NCBI GenBank assembly: GCA_963719495.1
Contig: CAVRCI010000002.1
Span: 384,001-448,000 of the forward strand
Direction of reading: 5' to 3'
Origin: an uncultured Verrucomicrobiae bacterium
Lineage (GTDB): Bacteria; Verrucomicrobiota; Verrucomicrobiia; Chthoniobacterales; JAATET01
DNA length: 64,000 bases
Shown: positions 8,489 through 18,460 of the stretch, piece after piece
How positions within the stretch are numbered: the first letter of the stretch is position 1
How the letters are laid out: each line of letters starts with the position of its first letter
Position numbers and translations under genes: made by a program
Notes under the pieces: model-generated
Told to the model about the DNA's origin: nothing
Databases searched by the model: none
The model's input: the letters and a program-made list of their open reading frames with translations, nothing else

Positions 8489-9285
8489 GTGTGGAACAGA
8501 GTGCGGCTTCGGTGGTTGGGTGGGTCGGCGATTGCAAATCGCCGCTCTTTGAAACTTCGACTCAGCCCACTTCGTCGCTGGCGGGAGCGCGGGCTTTCAC
8601 TTTGATCGAGGTGCTCGTCTCCGTGGCGATTTTTATCATGCTGGCTGGGGGGATTTTTTCGGCGGTTTCGGTGGCGGTGACGGCTTCGGCGGACGTTTCG
8701 GAGGCTCAGTTGGCGACGGCTCGGATGGACGCGTTCCAGCGTTTTGTGCGGGTGATGTTCCTGAATCTTCCGGCGGATGCTTCGATCGATTTGCGGATTC
8801 GGCAGGAGGCTGGGAAGGGGGCGGTGGTCGAGATGCTGGTTTGGCCGGCTCCGGAGATTGCGGATTTTGGGGGGGCGGGAGCGCGGTCGGATGGTTTGGC
8901 TTTGGCGGCCCGCCCGGATGGGGCGGGGGCGTTCACGATCTGTCTGGCGAACTTCGACGCTTCGGAGGAGGACACGGCCCGGCGGGATGCGGAGTTGGAA
9001 TCGCTCACCTGGCTGCCAATCCTACCGGAGGTGCGGACGCTGCGATGGCGGTTTGGCGAGGCGAATGGGACGCCGCTCGTGGAGACCTGGAAGCCGGAGC
9101 AGGGGCGCCCTTCGATGGTGGACCTCGAACTGACGCGGTTGGATGGCTCGGTGCTGCCGTTGCAGTTCTGGCTGCCGCCGATCGCGGACGACGAGGGTGG
9201 GCCCGGGGCCGGCGGCGCGGGTTCCGCGGAGGAAAACGGCGAGGGCGGGCTGACCGGGGATGAGGAGGAAGTGGGTGAAAATTGA
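8485..9285 (+). CDS. gspJ: Minor pseudopilin, GspJ-like
   Basis: A|FTLIEVLVSVAIF motif; GTG start overlapping the gspI stop; leader contains a palindromic repeat. Confidence 0.7.
   Translation: MSVEQSAASVVGWVGDCKSPLFETSTQPTSSLAGARAFTLIEVLVSVAIFIMLAGGIFSAVSVAVTASADVSEAQLATARMDAFQRFVRVMFLNLPADASIDLRIRQEAGKGAVVEMLVWPAPEIADFGGAGARSDGLALAARPDGAGAFTICLANFDASEEDTARRDAELESLTWLPILPEVRTLRWRFGEANGTPLVETWKPEQGRPSMVDLELTRLDGSVLPLQFWLPPIADDEGGPGAGGAGSAEENGEGGLTGDEEEVGEN
8526..8544. repeat. REP-like palindrome CGGCGATTGCAAATCGCCG (copy 1)
   Basis: Near-identical palindromes at 12053-12073 and 14975-14993; AGTGCGGCTTCG..GTTGG prefix shared with the 14975 copy. Confidence 0.75.
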
Positions 9286-9289
9286 ACCA

Positions 9290-10228
9290 ATGAACGGACT
9301 GACCCCTCGGGGGAGTGCGCTGGTGTTGACGCTTTGGTGCGTGGCGATTTTGTCGGTGCTGATCGTGGGTCTGGCGCGGGTGGTGGATGCGGACGTGGAC
9401 GCTTCGAGTCTGGCGACGAAGCGGTTCGAGGCGCGGGAGTTGGCGCTGACGGGGTTGGCTTTTGGGTTGAACCCAAAGGTGAAGCGCGGGGACGAGCTGC
9501 TGCATCAGCGCCTGGAAAATGGTGATTCGATCGACGTGGCGGTGACGAGCGAGAGTGCCCGGATCAACGTGAATGACGTGCTGAGCGACGAGAACGACGA
9601 CACTTTGAAGGATCTGTTCGAACTCTGGGAGGTGCCGGAGCAATTGAGCCGCGTGACCGTGGATTCGCTCCGGGACTGGGTGGACGAGAACGACTTGCGC
9701 TCGCTCAATGGGGCCGAGGAGGATGACTTGCGGGGGCAGACAAGATATTCGATCCCGGAGAATCGAAACTTTATCTCCGTGGACGAAATGGAAAGAGTGC
9801 GCGGGATGGACGAGGTCATTGCGCAACGATCGGGCTGGGAGGACGTGTTTTCCGTGCTCAGTTCCGACAAGCTCGACGCGCAGGACGCGGGCGGTGACGT
9901 GCTGCGGGCGGTGGCGGGCCTGTCGAACGAGCAGGTCGGGCGGCTGAACGAGTCGAGAAACGGGCCGGACGGGGAGGCGCAAACGGATGATGATCTGATT
10001 TTTGAAAACCTCGAGCAGGTGGTCGCGGTCGTCGGACTGTCGGAGGCTCAGCGGCAGGCGCTCGAGGCGCGGTTTGCGATCGGGGTCGAGCCGACCCGGA
10101 TCGAGAGCGTTGGGACGACGGGCGGGGTGAGCCACAAGATTACGGTCGTGGTGAATCGGGATGAGGCGGATGGATCCGGGAATGGTGGCGGCGGCGAGGC
10201 GTCGATCCTGAGTTGGAAGGAAGGATGA
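9290..10228 (+). CDS. gspK: Type II secretion protein GspK
   Basis: G|SALVLTLW start, SESARINVN, DSLRDWVDEND..GAE, VDEMERVRGM GspK motifs. Confidence 0.88.
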   Translation: MNGLTPRGSALVLTLWCVAILSVLIVGLARVVDADVDASSLATKRFEARELALTGLAFGLNPKVKRGDELLHQRLENGDSIDVAVTSESARINVNDVLSDENDDTLKDLFELWEVPEQLSRVTVDSLRDWVDENDLRSLNGAEEDDLRGQTRYSIPENRNFISVDEMERVRGMDEVIAQRSGWEDVFSVLSSDKLDAQDAGGDVLRAVAGLSNEQVGRLNESRNGPDGEAQTDDDLIFENLEQVVAVVGLSEAQRQALEARFAIGVEPTRIESVGTTGGVSHKITVVVNRDEADGSGNGGGGEASILSWKEG

Positions 10229-11448
10229 GTCGCGGTAAGAAGGAGCCGCCGGAGATGATCCGGCTCTGGGGGGACGTGTGGGAGCGCTGGCGTTGGCCGG
10301 GCGGCGAGGCGTCGGAACCGACTTGGGTCGAATCGGTCGAGCGGGATCCGGTGGTGTCGGGTCCGGCGACGACGCTGGCTCTGCCGGCGCGGTTGGTCGT
10401 GGCGGTGCCGATCTGGATCGACTCGACGGATCGGGAGATCGTCGACGAGACCGCGAAGCTCGAGGTCGAGGTGCGGGGGCTGCTGAGTAAACGGCAGACG
10501 GCGGGGGACGCGGTGGTTCGGCATCTGGAAGCGCGCGGGGATCGCACGCTGGTGCTGGCTACGGTCTTTCCCGCGACGATGCCGGACACGATCCCGGTGA
10601 CCTTGTTCGACCGCTACGAGGCAAGTCCGTTCCTGCGGGGATTTCAACCGGATTCGCTGACGCTCTGGCGCGAAGGGGGCGACCTCGTGGCTGCTTTCAC
10701 GCGGGGGGATCGGCTCGTCTACTGGGAAGCGATCGGGATGACGGACGATACGCGGGAGATTTCCGGGTGGTTGAATCTCGTGACTTTGCAGTTGCGGGCC
10801 GAGGCGGTGCTCGGAGGTGACGTGGAGTTGGTGAACGAGCTGGCCGGTTTCAAAGACGGTGTCATTCGGTTGCCGGCTGGAGTGGTGGGAACGGCCCCGG
10901 CCCCGGACGAGGTGAAGCCGACTTTTGCGGACGCGGTCTTCCGCTGGCGCCCGACGGCGGCGGTGGCGGCGGCGGTGGCGGCGGTGCGAGCGCGACAGAT
11001 TCGCCAGATTGCGGTCGCGGCGGTGGCGGCTTACGCGGGAATCCTGCTCATCGTGGGGCTTTATCTGGGGTGGCAGCGGCTGCAGATCGCGGGGACGGCG
11101 GGCCGGGTCGAGGATTTGCGGGCCGAGGTGACGACATTTCAACCCGTGGCGGACCAGTGGGAGCGGATCGGGGCGACGACCGAGACGGAATTTTTCCCAC
11201 TCGAGATTCTTCACCACGTTGTGGAGCATTTGCCGGAGGATGGGGTCCGGATGACGGTTTTCAGCGTCGAGGAGGGGCGGGTTCTCATCGAGGGTGACGC
11301 GTCGCCGCAGCGCCTGGCGACGCCGTTTTTCGACGCGCTGCGGGACGACCCCGACCTGGCCGGGATCCAGTGGCAGATGGGGACCCCGGCATTGCGACCG
11401 GATGGGTCGGCGAAATTTCAGATTCAGGGGACCTTCGATTTGTTGTGA
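10225..11448 (+). CDS. GspL/PilN-like assembly platform protein
   Basis: Cytoplasmic domain, single TM, coiled coil and PilN-like periplasmic domain (LPEDGVRMTVF..IEG); position after gspK. Confidence 0.65.
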   Translation: MSRGKKEPPEMIRLWGDVWERWRWPGGEASEPTWVESVERDPVVSGPATTLALPARLVVAVPIWIDSTDREIVDETAKLEVEVRGLLSKRQTAGDAVVRHLEARGDRTLVLATVFPATMPDTIPVTLFDRYEASPFLRGFQPDSLTLWREGGDLVAAFTRGDRLVYWEAIGMTDDTREISGWLNLVTLQLRAEAVLGGDVELVNELAGFKDGVIRLPAGVVGTAPAPDEVKPTFADAVFRWRPTAAVAAAVAAVRARQIRQIAVAAVAAYAGILLIVGLYLGWQRLQIAGTAGRVEDLRAEVTTFQPVADQWERIGATTETEFFPLEILHHVVEHLPEDGVRMTVFSVEEGRVLIEGDASPQRLATPFFDALRDDPDLAGIQWQMGTPALRPDGSAKFQIQGTFDLL

Positions 11449-12002
11449 GAGCGCTCAATAAAAACGAACGCATGCTGGCGCTGGCGCTGGGTGGGACGCT
11501 GCTCCTCATCGGGAATTTGCTCCTGTTCAATTGGGTGACGGGCCAGCTGCGGGCGAACGAGGCGGCGCTGCGGACCCAGCGGATCGCGATTCGCGAGTCG
11601 GAGGTGATGATCGCCGGGCGGGATTACTGGGAGGTGCGGGGCGAGTGGATCGAGCGGAATCCGCTCGAGGTCTACGACGGACTGCAGTCGGATTCGGCGT
11701 TTGCGGAATCGGTGCAGCGCGGGGTGCAGGCGGCGGGATTGTCCGTGGAATCCCAGAGTCTGCGCGAGTCGTTCAGCGCGGATGGCCTGACCACGACGGG
11801 TCTCGACCTGGACGTGCGCGGGGAGTTGCGGGCGATGGTGGAATGGCTGAACGCCCTGCAGGCTCCGGGCAACTACGTGGCGATCGAGACTTTCACGTTG
11901 AAGCGGGCGGATGCCGCTTCTACCATGCGTCTGCAGGTGCGGGTCACGAAGGTCTACCGCGACGCGGGCGACGAGGAGGTCGCGCTGTCTTCATCCCCAT
12001 GA
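11445..12002 (+). CDS. GspM/PilO-like protein
   Basis: LNKNERMLAL N-terminus, single TM, ferredoxin-like C-terminal (VRGELRAMVEWLNALQ). Confidence 0.65.
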   Translation: MRALNKNERMLALALGGTLLLIGNLLLFNWVTGQLRANEAALRTQRIAIRESEVMIAGRDYWEVRGEWIERNPLEVYDGLQSDSAFAESVQRGVQAAGLSVESQSLRESFSADGLTTTGLDLDVRGELRAMVEWLNALQAPGNYVAIETFTLKRADAASTMRLQVRVTKVYRDAGDEEVALSSSP

Positions 12003-12655
12003 GATTTTTGACCGGTTTGCGTTTTGAGACGGCGTTTCGCGCCTGGGTTGGTGCGGCGATTGCCAATCGCCGCTGCTTGAGTTGCGTTCTCGTCGGATTC
12101 GGGACGTTTGGGCCGGTCGTGGCGCGGGAGGCGGCGGAAATTTTTTCGCCGCAGACGTACGAGATTTCGCGTTACGAGCACATTTGGGAGCAGTCGCCCT
12201 TCATCGTGGAGACGCAGGTCGTGACGCAGTCCGATGGGCTGGAGAAACGTTATTCGCTCACGGGGCTGGGGAAGGTGGGCGACGAGGCGATCGCTTTTCT
12301 GCTGGACCGCAATTCGCAGGAGCGCTTCTCCGTCGCCGTGGGTGAGACGCCGGAGTCCGGGGTGGAGGTGATTTCGATTGAACTGGACCGCGACCCGCGG
12401 CAATCCACGGCAACGATCCGCGTGGGGAGCGAGCAGGCCTCCATCGGCTACGACCCAGCGGCGCTGCTGGTCACGGCCCAATCGAACTCCGGCGTGCCGA
12501 ACGGCGACGGAGCGCGGCCAGTCGACCCCGCCTCGATCGTCCAGCGACGCTCGATCCCGGCCCCGGCGGTCGTGCCACCGGCGGTCACGCCGCCAGGTCT
12601 GCCGCCCGCCGCCAAGACCATCCGGCGTCGCACGATCACCCTCGATCAGAATTGA
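11999..12655 (+). CDS. Hypothetical T2SS accessory protein (GspC/N-like position)
   Basis: ATG overlaps the upstream stop; hydrophobic N-region, RYEHIWEQSPF, beta-rich domain, Pro-rich tail. Confidence 0.55.
   Translation: MRFLTGLRFETAFRAWVGAAIANRRCLSCVLVGFGTFGPVVAREAAEIFSPQTYEISRYEHIWEQSPFIVETQVVTQSDGLEKRYSLTGLGKVGDEAIAFLLDRNSQERFSVAVGETPESGVEVISIELDRDPRQSTATIRVGSEQASIGYDPAALLVTAQSNSGVPNGDGARPVDPASIVQRRSIPAPAVVPPAVTPPGLPPAAKTIRRRTITLDQN
12053..12073. repeat. REP-like palindrome GCGGCGATTGCCAATCGCCGC (copy 2, inside CDS)
   Basis: Palindrome matching 8526 and 14975. Confidence 0.65.
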
Positions 12656-12666
12656 TCCACTTCCTC

Positions 12667-14928
12667 ATGAAACTCTCGCCCTTCCTTCTCGTCGCCTCCA
12701 TTCTGCTGGCGCTGCCTTTGGCAGCACAGCCGGACCCCGCCGCAACCGATGCCGACGGAAACGTTTCGGTGCAGTTTCCCAATAATCCCGTGCAGGACGT
12801 GCTGGATTATTACCAGCGACTGACGGGTAAGATTCTGGTGCGCGATGGGAATCTGAGTGGAGTTCAGTTGACGATCACCGCCCCCGACTTGCTGCCGAAG
12901 GAGGAGGCGGTGGCACTGATCGAATCGGCGTTGCTGCTGAATGGATACGTGCTGGTCGACGTCGACGACAAGACCGTGAAAATCCTCGGCCCGCAGAAAG
13001 TGGCCAAGAGCGAGGGGGTGCAACTTTACACTTCCCCCGTGCAGCTCCCGACCAACGAGCAGGTCGTGAGTTACTTCATGCCCTTCCGCTACCTCAAGAG
13101 CGAGGAAGCGAAGACGCTCTTCGAACAATACGTGCAGACCCGGCCGATGCTGGGCGGCATCGTCGCGGTGCCGAGCGTGAACGCGTTGGTGATCACCGAG
13201 AACGTCGCGCTGGTGCGGAGGTTGATCGATCTCAAGCAGGTGATCGACGTCGAGGGGTCGCGGAGCATTACGAAATTTTTCGAACTCACGCGCGCCGATG
13301 CCGAGCAGGTGGCCGAGACGTTGGAGAAGATCTTCGAGGTCGACCAGCAATCCAACCCGACCACGCAACAGATCCAGCGGGTCGAGGGTCAGCCGCCGGG
13401 GGTGCCACCCGACGCCGTGCCGCCGGACGGAGGTCAGCCCAACCTCGTTTCCGCCGTGCCGCAGCGCATCAAGATCATTCCGGATCTGCGGACCAACCGG
13501 GTGATCGTCACGGCGCCGGAGGGTCAGATGGATTACATCGCCGAGATCGTGCAGAATCTCGACGGGGTTGTGGAATTCGGCGAGCCGTTGGACCGCGCGC
13601 TGCAATTTGCCAACGCGGGTGAGGTGCTTCCCGTCCTGGCGAACCTTCTGGCGGAGGGCGAGGACGACGAGCAGAAGTCGTCGGACGGCGGCGGGACCGG
13701 TGACAACAACGCGAATTCGAACAACAACAACGCCAACGGCGGCGGCGACTTCGCGGGAAGCGGTGGTGCCGCGGGCAAGCCCGATCTCCTCAACGAGCCG
13801 GCGGACAGCACGTCGCCGCAGTCCATCGTGGTCGGGAAGTCGAAGATCGTGGCCGACCGGGCGGGCAATCGGATCATCGTCTTTGGGCCGCCCGAGAGCC
13901 GGATGAAAGCCGACACGCTGCTCGACATGCTCGACCAGCGTCAGAAGCAGATTTACCTCGCGGTCGTGATCGGGCAGCTGACGCTGGGGGACGGCGTGAA
14001 TTTTGGCGTGGATTACCTGATGCGATTCGGCGACGTCCGGATCCTGGGTCAGGGCGAGACGGCTGGAATCTCGAATCTGCTCTCGAATCGCACGGCGGGC
14101 ATCGATGTGCTGCCCGGGACGGACCAGGCGATCGACGCGGCGGGGAACGCCGCGGCCGCTGTGGCGCGCAACGCTTTGCCGGTGGTCTCGGGATTGACCG
14201 TCTTTGGAACCATCGCGGACTCGGTCGACATCCTGGCGCAGGCCCTCGGGACGTCGAACCGTTTCAAGGTGGTTTCCCGTCCCTACGTTTACACGGTGAA
14301 CAACAAGAAAGCGGTCATCAGCAGCGGCCAGCAGGTGCCGGTCCCGACGAGTTCGCTCACGTCGGTCGTCGACAGCTCGGTCAACAACAACGGGACCGCG
14401 ATCCAGTCGAACATCGAGTTCAAGGACGTCGTGCTCAAGCTGGAGGTGATCCCGCTGGTGAATTCGCCGAACGAAGTGACGCTCAAAATCGCCCAGCAGA
14501 ACGACAACGTGCAGAGCAACGTGACGATCGGCGGCAACAGTGTGCCGGTGATCGCGACGCAGGAACTGCGGACCACGGTGACGGTGCCAAATCGGCATAC
14601 GGTGATTCTGGGCGGGTTGATCACGGATCAGGATACGTTCACGCAGGCCGGGATCCCGTATTTGAAGGATATTCCCTACGTCGGGGCGCTCTTTGGGACG
14701 ACGCGGAAAAATCAGACGCGGCAGGAGCTGATCGTGATGATCCAGCCGTTCATCATCAACACGGACGAGGACGTGCGGGTGGTGCAGCGGATCGAGCGGG
14801 AGAACGCGTCCTTCGACGAGGGTCAGCTTTACGACCTGCCCGCGCCGGTGGAAGTGCAGCGTGGGACGCTGCCGGGCGGGCGGTTCGAGAACCGGTATCT
14901 GGAGCCGGTGCCGGAGTTGGTGCGGTGA
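12667..14928 (+). CDS. gspD: Type II secretion secretin GspD
   Basis: Signal peptide, N0-N3 domains, secretin core (NNKKAVISSGQQVPV, FKDVVLKLEVIP, GIPYLKDIPYVGALF, RQELIVMIQP). Confidence 0.93.
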   Translation: MKLSPFLLVASILLALPLAAQPDPAATDADGNVSVQFPNNPVQDVLDYYQRLTGKILVRDGNLSGVQLTITAPDLLPKEEAVALIESALLLNGYVLVDVDDKTVKILGPQKVAKSEGVQLYTSPVQLPTNEQVVSYFMPFRYLKSEEAKTLFEQYVQTRPMLGGIVAVPSVNALVITENVALVRRLIDLKQVIDVEGSRSITKFFELTRADAEQVAETLEKIFEVDQQSNPTTQQIQRVEGQPPGVPPDAVPPDGGQPNLVSAVPQRIKIIPDLRTNRVIVTAPEGQMDYIAEIVQNLDGVVEFGEPLDRALQFANAGEVLPVLANLLAEGEDDEQKSSDGGGTGDNNANSNNNNANGGGDFAGSGGAAGKPDLLNEPADSTSPQSIVVGKSKIVADRAGNRIIVFGPPESRMKADTLLDMLDQRQKQIYLAVVIGQLTLGDGVNFGVDYLMRFGDVRILGQGETAGISNLLSNRTAGIDVLPGTDQAIDAAGNAAAAVARNALPVVSGLTVFGTIADSVDILAQALGTSNRFKVVSRPYVYTVNNKKAVISSGQQVPVPTSSLTSVVDSSVNNNGTAIQSNIEFKDVVLKLEVIPLVNSPNEVTLKIAQQNDNVQSNVTIGGNSVPVIATQELRTTVTVPNRHTVILGGLITDQDTFTQAGIPYLKDIPYVGALFGTTRKNQTRQELIVMIQPFIINTDEDVRVVQRIERENASFDEGQLYDLPAPVEVQRGTLPGGRFENRYLEPVPELVR

Positions 14929-14946
14929 TGGGGGGCGCGGTGAGGG

Positions 14947-15059
14947 GGAGTGCGGCTTCGCCGTTGGTTTGGTTCGGCGATTGCAAATCGCCGGTCCTCG
15001 AGGGGGCGGCTCGCTTCGCATCGCCTACCTTCGGCGGCTGGAAGCCGCCGCTCCTCGAA
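14947..15059. repeat. Intergenic cluster of two REP-like palindromes between gspD and gspE
   Basis: CGGCGATTGCAAATCGCCG (14975-14993) and CGGCGGCTGGAAGCCGCCG (15032-15050), each followed by (G/C)TCCTCGA. Confidence 0.75.
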
Positions 15060-15112
15060 TTATATTTCTCGGCGCTCGGCGCTCGACTCTCGATTGGGAG
15101 AGAGGGCCGCTC

Positions 15113-16810
15113 ATGAGTGCGATTGCTTTGATTGCCGAATCCTTGGCGGCCAGCGGGGCTTCCGTCGCCGATGGGTTGCTCGACTCGGCTGAGGTGGCTT
15201 TCCGGTCGCAGCGGTCGCCGGTGCGGGCGGTGCTCGACGCGGAGCAAGTGTCGGAGACGACGTTTCTGAAGGATCTCGCGGAGCGATTGGGCGTGGATTG
15301 GTATGAGGCGCCGACCGAGGGGGTGGCGGATCTGCCGGATGGTTTTCCGGCTCGATTGGCGCTGCGGTATCACTTGGTGCCGCTGGCGATGGACGCGGAC
15401 TCGATCACGCTCGTGGGTTACGATCCGCTTGATCATTTGGCGCGGGCGGCGGTGCGGCAGCAATTTCCGCAGCGGGTGAAGTTTCTGCTTTCGACGCGCA
15501 AGTCGGTGGTCGCGGCGTTGCGGGCGCACTACGGCGTGGGCGCGGAGACGTTCGAGGAGTTGCTCGAAGATCGGGAGGAGGGGGCGGCCGAGCAGTCCGG
15601 CGAGGAGATCAACATCGTGGACAACGACGACTCCGAGGCGTCGGTGATGAAATTTGTGAACCAGATCCTGCGCGAGGCTCTGGTCGAGCAGGCGACCGAC
15701 ATCCACGTCGAGCCGCTGGGGACCGATCTGCGGATTCGGTATCGGATCGACGGCATCCTCCACGAGGTGCCCGTGCCGCCCAACATCAAGGTGCTCCAGG
15801 CCTCGGTGCTCTCGCGGATCAAGATCATGGCCAGCCTCGACATCGCGGAGCGGCGGATCCCACAGGACGGGCGGATTCAGCTCGAGCTGGGCGGGCAACC
15901 GATCGACGTGCGTGTGGCGGTGATCCCATCGGTGACGGGGGAGACGATCAGCCTGCGTCTGCTGGGGCAGGAGCAATTCGACTTCGCGCGGCTGGGGTTG
16001 GACCGCGACTCCGAGGCGAAGATTCTGGAATTTCTCGCGATGCCCAATGGGATCGTTCTCGTGACCGGGCCGACCGGTTGCGGTAAGTCGACGAGTCTCT
16101 ACACGTTCCTTTCGTCGCTGAACACGAAGGAGCGGCGCATCGTCACGATCGAGGATCCGGTCGAACACAAGCTGCCGGGCGTGATCCAGATCGCGGTGCG
16201 GCCGGAGATCGACCTGACCTTTGCGCGGGCGCTGCGGAGTGTGCTGCGCGGCGATCCCAACGTGATCATGGTCGGTGAGATGCGCGATCTGGAGACCGCC
16301 GAGATCGCCGTCCGGGCGGCGCTCACGGGGCACCTGGTTTTTTCCACGTTGCACACGAACGACTCGGTCGGCGGCATCACGCGGTTGATCGACATGGGGG
16401 TGGAGCCGTTTCTCATCGGCTCGTCGGTGCGGGCGTTCATCGCGCAGCGGCTCGTGCGGCGGTTGTGCCCGGACTGCCGGACGCCCGAGCACCATCCGGT
16501 CGGGAACCTCAAGCGGATCGGATTTCCGACCGAGCGGGAGGGGACGATCTACGGACCGAAGGGCTGCGACGCCTGCCGGTTCACGGGCTATCGCGGGCGG
16601 ACGGCGCTCTACGAGATTTGTATCCTGTCGCAGCGGATGCAGGACCTGGTCCAGCGGAAGGCGTCGGCCCCGGCGCTGCGGACCCTTGCTATGGCGGAGG
16701 GGATGATTCCGCTGCGAAATTACGGTTGGAACCGCGTGCTCGAGGGAATGACGTCGGTCGAGGAAGTGCTGCGGGTGACGTCGGCGGAGCTGGACGTGCT
16801 CGACGAATAA
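15113..16810 (+). CDS. gspE: Type II secretion ATPase GspE
   Basis: TDIHVEP, ERRIPQDGR, Walker A GPTGCGKST, TIEDPVE, GEMRDLETA, LTGHLVFSTLHTN, CPDC..CDAC zinc site. Confidence 0.95.
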   Translation: MSAIALIAESLAASGASVADGLLDSAEVAFRSQRSPVRAVLDAEQVSETTFLKDLAERLGVDWYEAPTEGVADLPDGFPARLALRYHLVPLAMDADSITLVGYDPLDHLARAAVRQQFPQRVKFLLSTRKSVVAALRAHYGVGAETFEELLEDREEGAAEQSGEEINIVDNDDSEASVMKFVNQILREALVEQATDIHVEPLGTDLRIRYRIDGILHEVPVPPNIKVLQASVLSRIKIMASLDIAERRIPQDGRIQLELGGQPIDVRVAVIPSVTGETISLRLLGQEQFDFARLGLDRDSEAKILEFLAMPNGIVLVTGPTGCGKSTSLYTFLSSLNTKERRIVTIEDPVEHKLPGVIQIAVRPEIDLTFARALRSVLRGDPNVIMVGEMRDLETAEIAVRAALTGHLVFSTLHTNDSVGGITRLIDMGVEPFLIGSSVRAFIAQRLVRRLCPDCRTPEHHPVGNLKRIGFPTEREGTIYGPKGCDACRFTGYRGRTALYEICILSQRMQDLVQRKASAPALRTLAMAEGMIPLRNYGWNRVLEGMTSVEEVLRVTSAELDVLDE

Positions 16811-16828
16811 CGGCGGGGGAAGACGGCG

Positions 16829-18070
16829 GTGGCGAACTTTCAATTTCGGGCGACGACGCCGGCGGGAACGGTCGAGACGGGCGTCGTCGACGCAAGGTCG
16901 AAGGCCGAGGCCTACAACGTGATCCTGGGCCGGAAGCTGCGGCCGGTCTCGATCGTCGCGACGGACGAGTCTGGGGCGGCGGTCACGTCGGCGTCGGCGG
17001 ACCAGGGTGGCGCGGTCGCTCCGGTGCGGCGGCTGGCGACGAAGGACGTTCTGCTTTTCACCGAGGAATTGTCGGAACTCCTCGACGCGGGACTGCAGCT
17101 CGAGCCCGCGCTCAAGGTGATCGAGGGGCGGAAGGAGCGGTCGCCGCTCAAGGCCGTGGCGGCAAGGGTGCGGCAGCAGGTGCGGGATGGGGTGAGTTTT
17201 TCCAATGCGCTGCGGAGCCTGGGCGATTCGTTTTCGGATCTGTTCTGCAGCATGGTGGCGGCGGGCGAGACGGCTGGGGCGCTGCCGAAGATCCTGCGGC
17301 GACAGGCGGAGTATTTTGCGATCATGACGGATCTGCGGAAGCGGATCACGATGGCGCTGGTCTACCCGAGCATCGTTTTCACGGCGGGTGTGGTGCTGCT
17401 CATCGTTTTCATGACGGTCCTGTTGCCGCAGCTCACGGTCCTGTTGAGCAAGACGGGGAAGGAACTGCCGTTCATGACGAAGATGCTGGTGGGACTGAGT
17501 TCGTTCTTCGGGTCCTACTGGTGGGCGGTGATTCTGGTGATCGGCGCGGCGGTCGCGGGATTCATGGCTTGGAAAAAAACTCCGGAAGGTCGGATGACGT
17601 GGGACCGGGTGAAGCTCGATCTGCCGCTGGTCGGGCCGGTGCTGCGGGTGCAATTTCTGGCCGAGTTCTCGCAGACGCTTTCGACGTTGGTGTCGAACGG
17701 AGTGATTCTGCTCAACGCGTTGACGCTTCTGCAGCGGGCGACGGCGAACGTTTACATCAAGGGTTTGTTGGGGCGGTTGGTTGACCGGGTGGGTGAGGGG
17801 AGTTCGCTGTCGGCGGCGCTGCGGAACGTCCCGTTTTTTCCGGCGGTGCTGATCGACATCATGAACGTCGGCGAGCAGACGGGCGATCTGGCCGGCGCGT
17901 TGCAGCGGAGCGCAGCGCGCTACGACAAGGAATTCACGAACAAGATCGCGCACATGACGACGCTCATCCAGCCGCTCACGATCCTCGTGGTGGCGATCTT
18001 CGTCGGACTGGTGGCGTATTCGATGATCACCGGGATTCTGTCGTCGGTGTCGAACTTGCGGACCCGCTAG
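16829..18070 (+). CDS. gspF: Type II secretion inner membrane platform protein GspF
   Basis: AAGETAGAL, ALVYPSIV, VGEQTGDL, LIQPL motifs; two GspF domains. Confidence 0.93.
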   Translation: MANFQFRATTPAGTVETGVVDARSKAEAYNVILGRKLRPVSIVATDESGAAVTSASADQGGAVAPVRRLATKDVLLFTEELSELLDAGLQLEPALKVIEGRKERSPLKAVAARVRQQVRDGVSFSNALRSLGDSFSDLFCSMVAAGETAGALPKILRRQAEYFAIMTDLRKRITMALVYPSIVFTAGVVLLIVFMTVLLPQLTVLLSKTGKELPFMTKMLVGLSSFFGSYWWAVILVIGAAVAGFMAWKKTPEGRMTWDRVKLDLPLVGPVLRVQFLAEFSQTLSTLVSNGVILLNALTLLQRATANVYIKGLLGRLVDRVGEGSSLSAALRNVPFFPAVLIDIMNVGEQTGDLAGALQRSAARYDKEFTNKIAHMTTLIQPLTILVVAIFVGLVAYSMITGILSSVSNLRTR

Positions 18071-18167
18071 GTCGCGCAGGGTCGAGGGAGTGCTATCGTC
18101 CGAAGGTTCGGAAGCCGCGACGCCGGGTGATGGGCGGGATGGCGCGCTGTGGTGGTCCTAGAGAGGA

Positions 18168-18333
18168 AGTTGAGAGTTCATAGTTGAGAGCCGGAGCGAA
18201 GCGGAGACCGCCGAAGGCAATAGAATGCTTCAGGATGAACGAATTTGCGGAGCCAAGGGCGTTCACCTTCCAAGTGAACTCGTGATTCGGCGCAAGTCGC
18301 TCATCCCCAACTCTCAACTCAAATTTCTCAACT
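18168..18333. repeat. Inverted pair of heptamer-periodic tracts
   Basis: AGTTGAGAGTTCATAGTTGAGAG (18168-18190) versus CAACTCTCAACTCAAATTTCTCAACT (18308-18333) around an AT-richer spacer. Confidence 0.6.
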
Positions 18334-18460
18334 CCCCACTTTCCTTTTCAGGGTGATTTCGGGCGCGCCGGTCGGAGGCGACGGAACCCGCGGCGCGGCT
18401 TCCCTACCTTGGTTGGATGCGCTTCGCGCTGGGGGGGCGTCACCGCGGTGGCGGCTGCGA

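Noticed and set aside
7179..9285. Non-canonical prepilin sites (Tyr at +1, Ala at -1) and no gspO in the cluster
   Set aside because: Such variants and an unlinked prepilin peptidase are common; not evidence of inactivation.
13700..13745. AAC-rich microsatellite-like tract in gspD
   Set aside because: Encodes the ordinary Gly/Asn-rich disordered N3 loop of secretins; imperfect and in frame.
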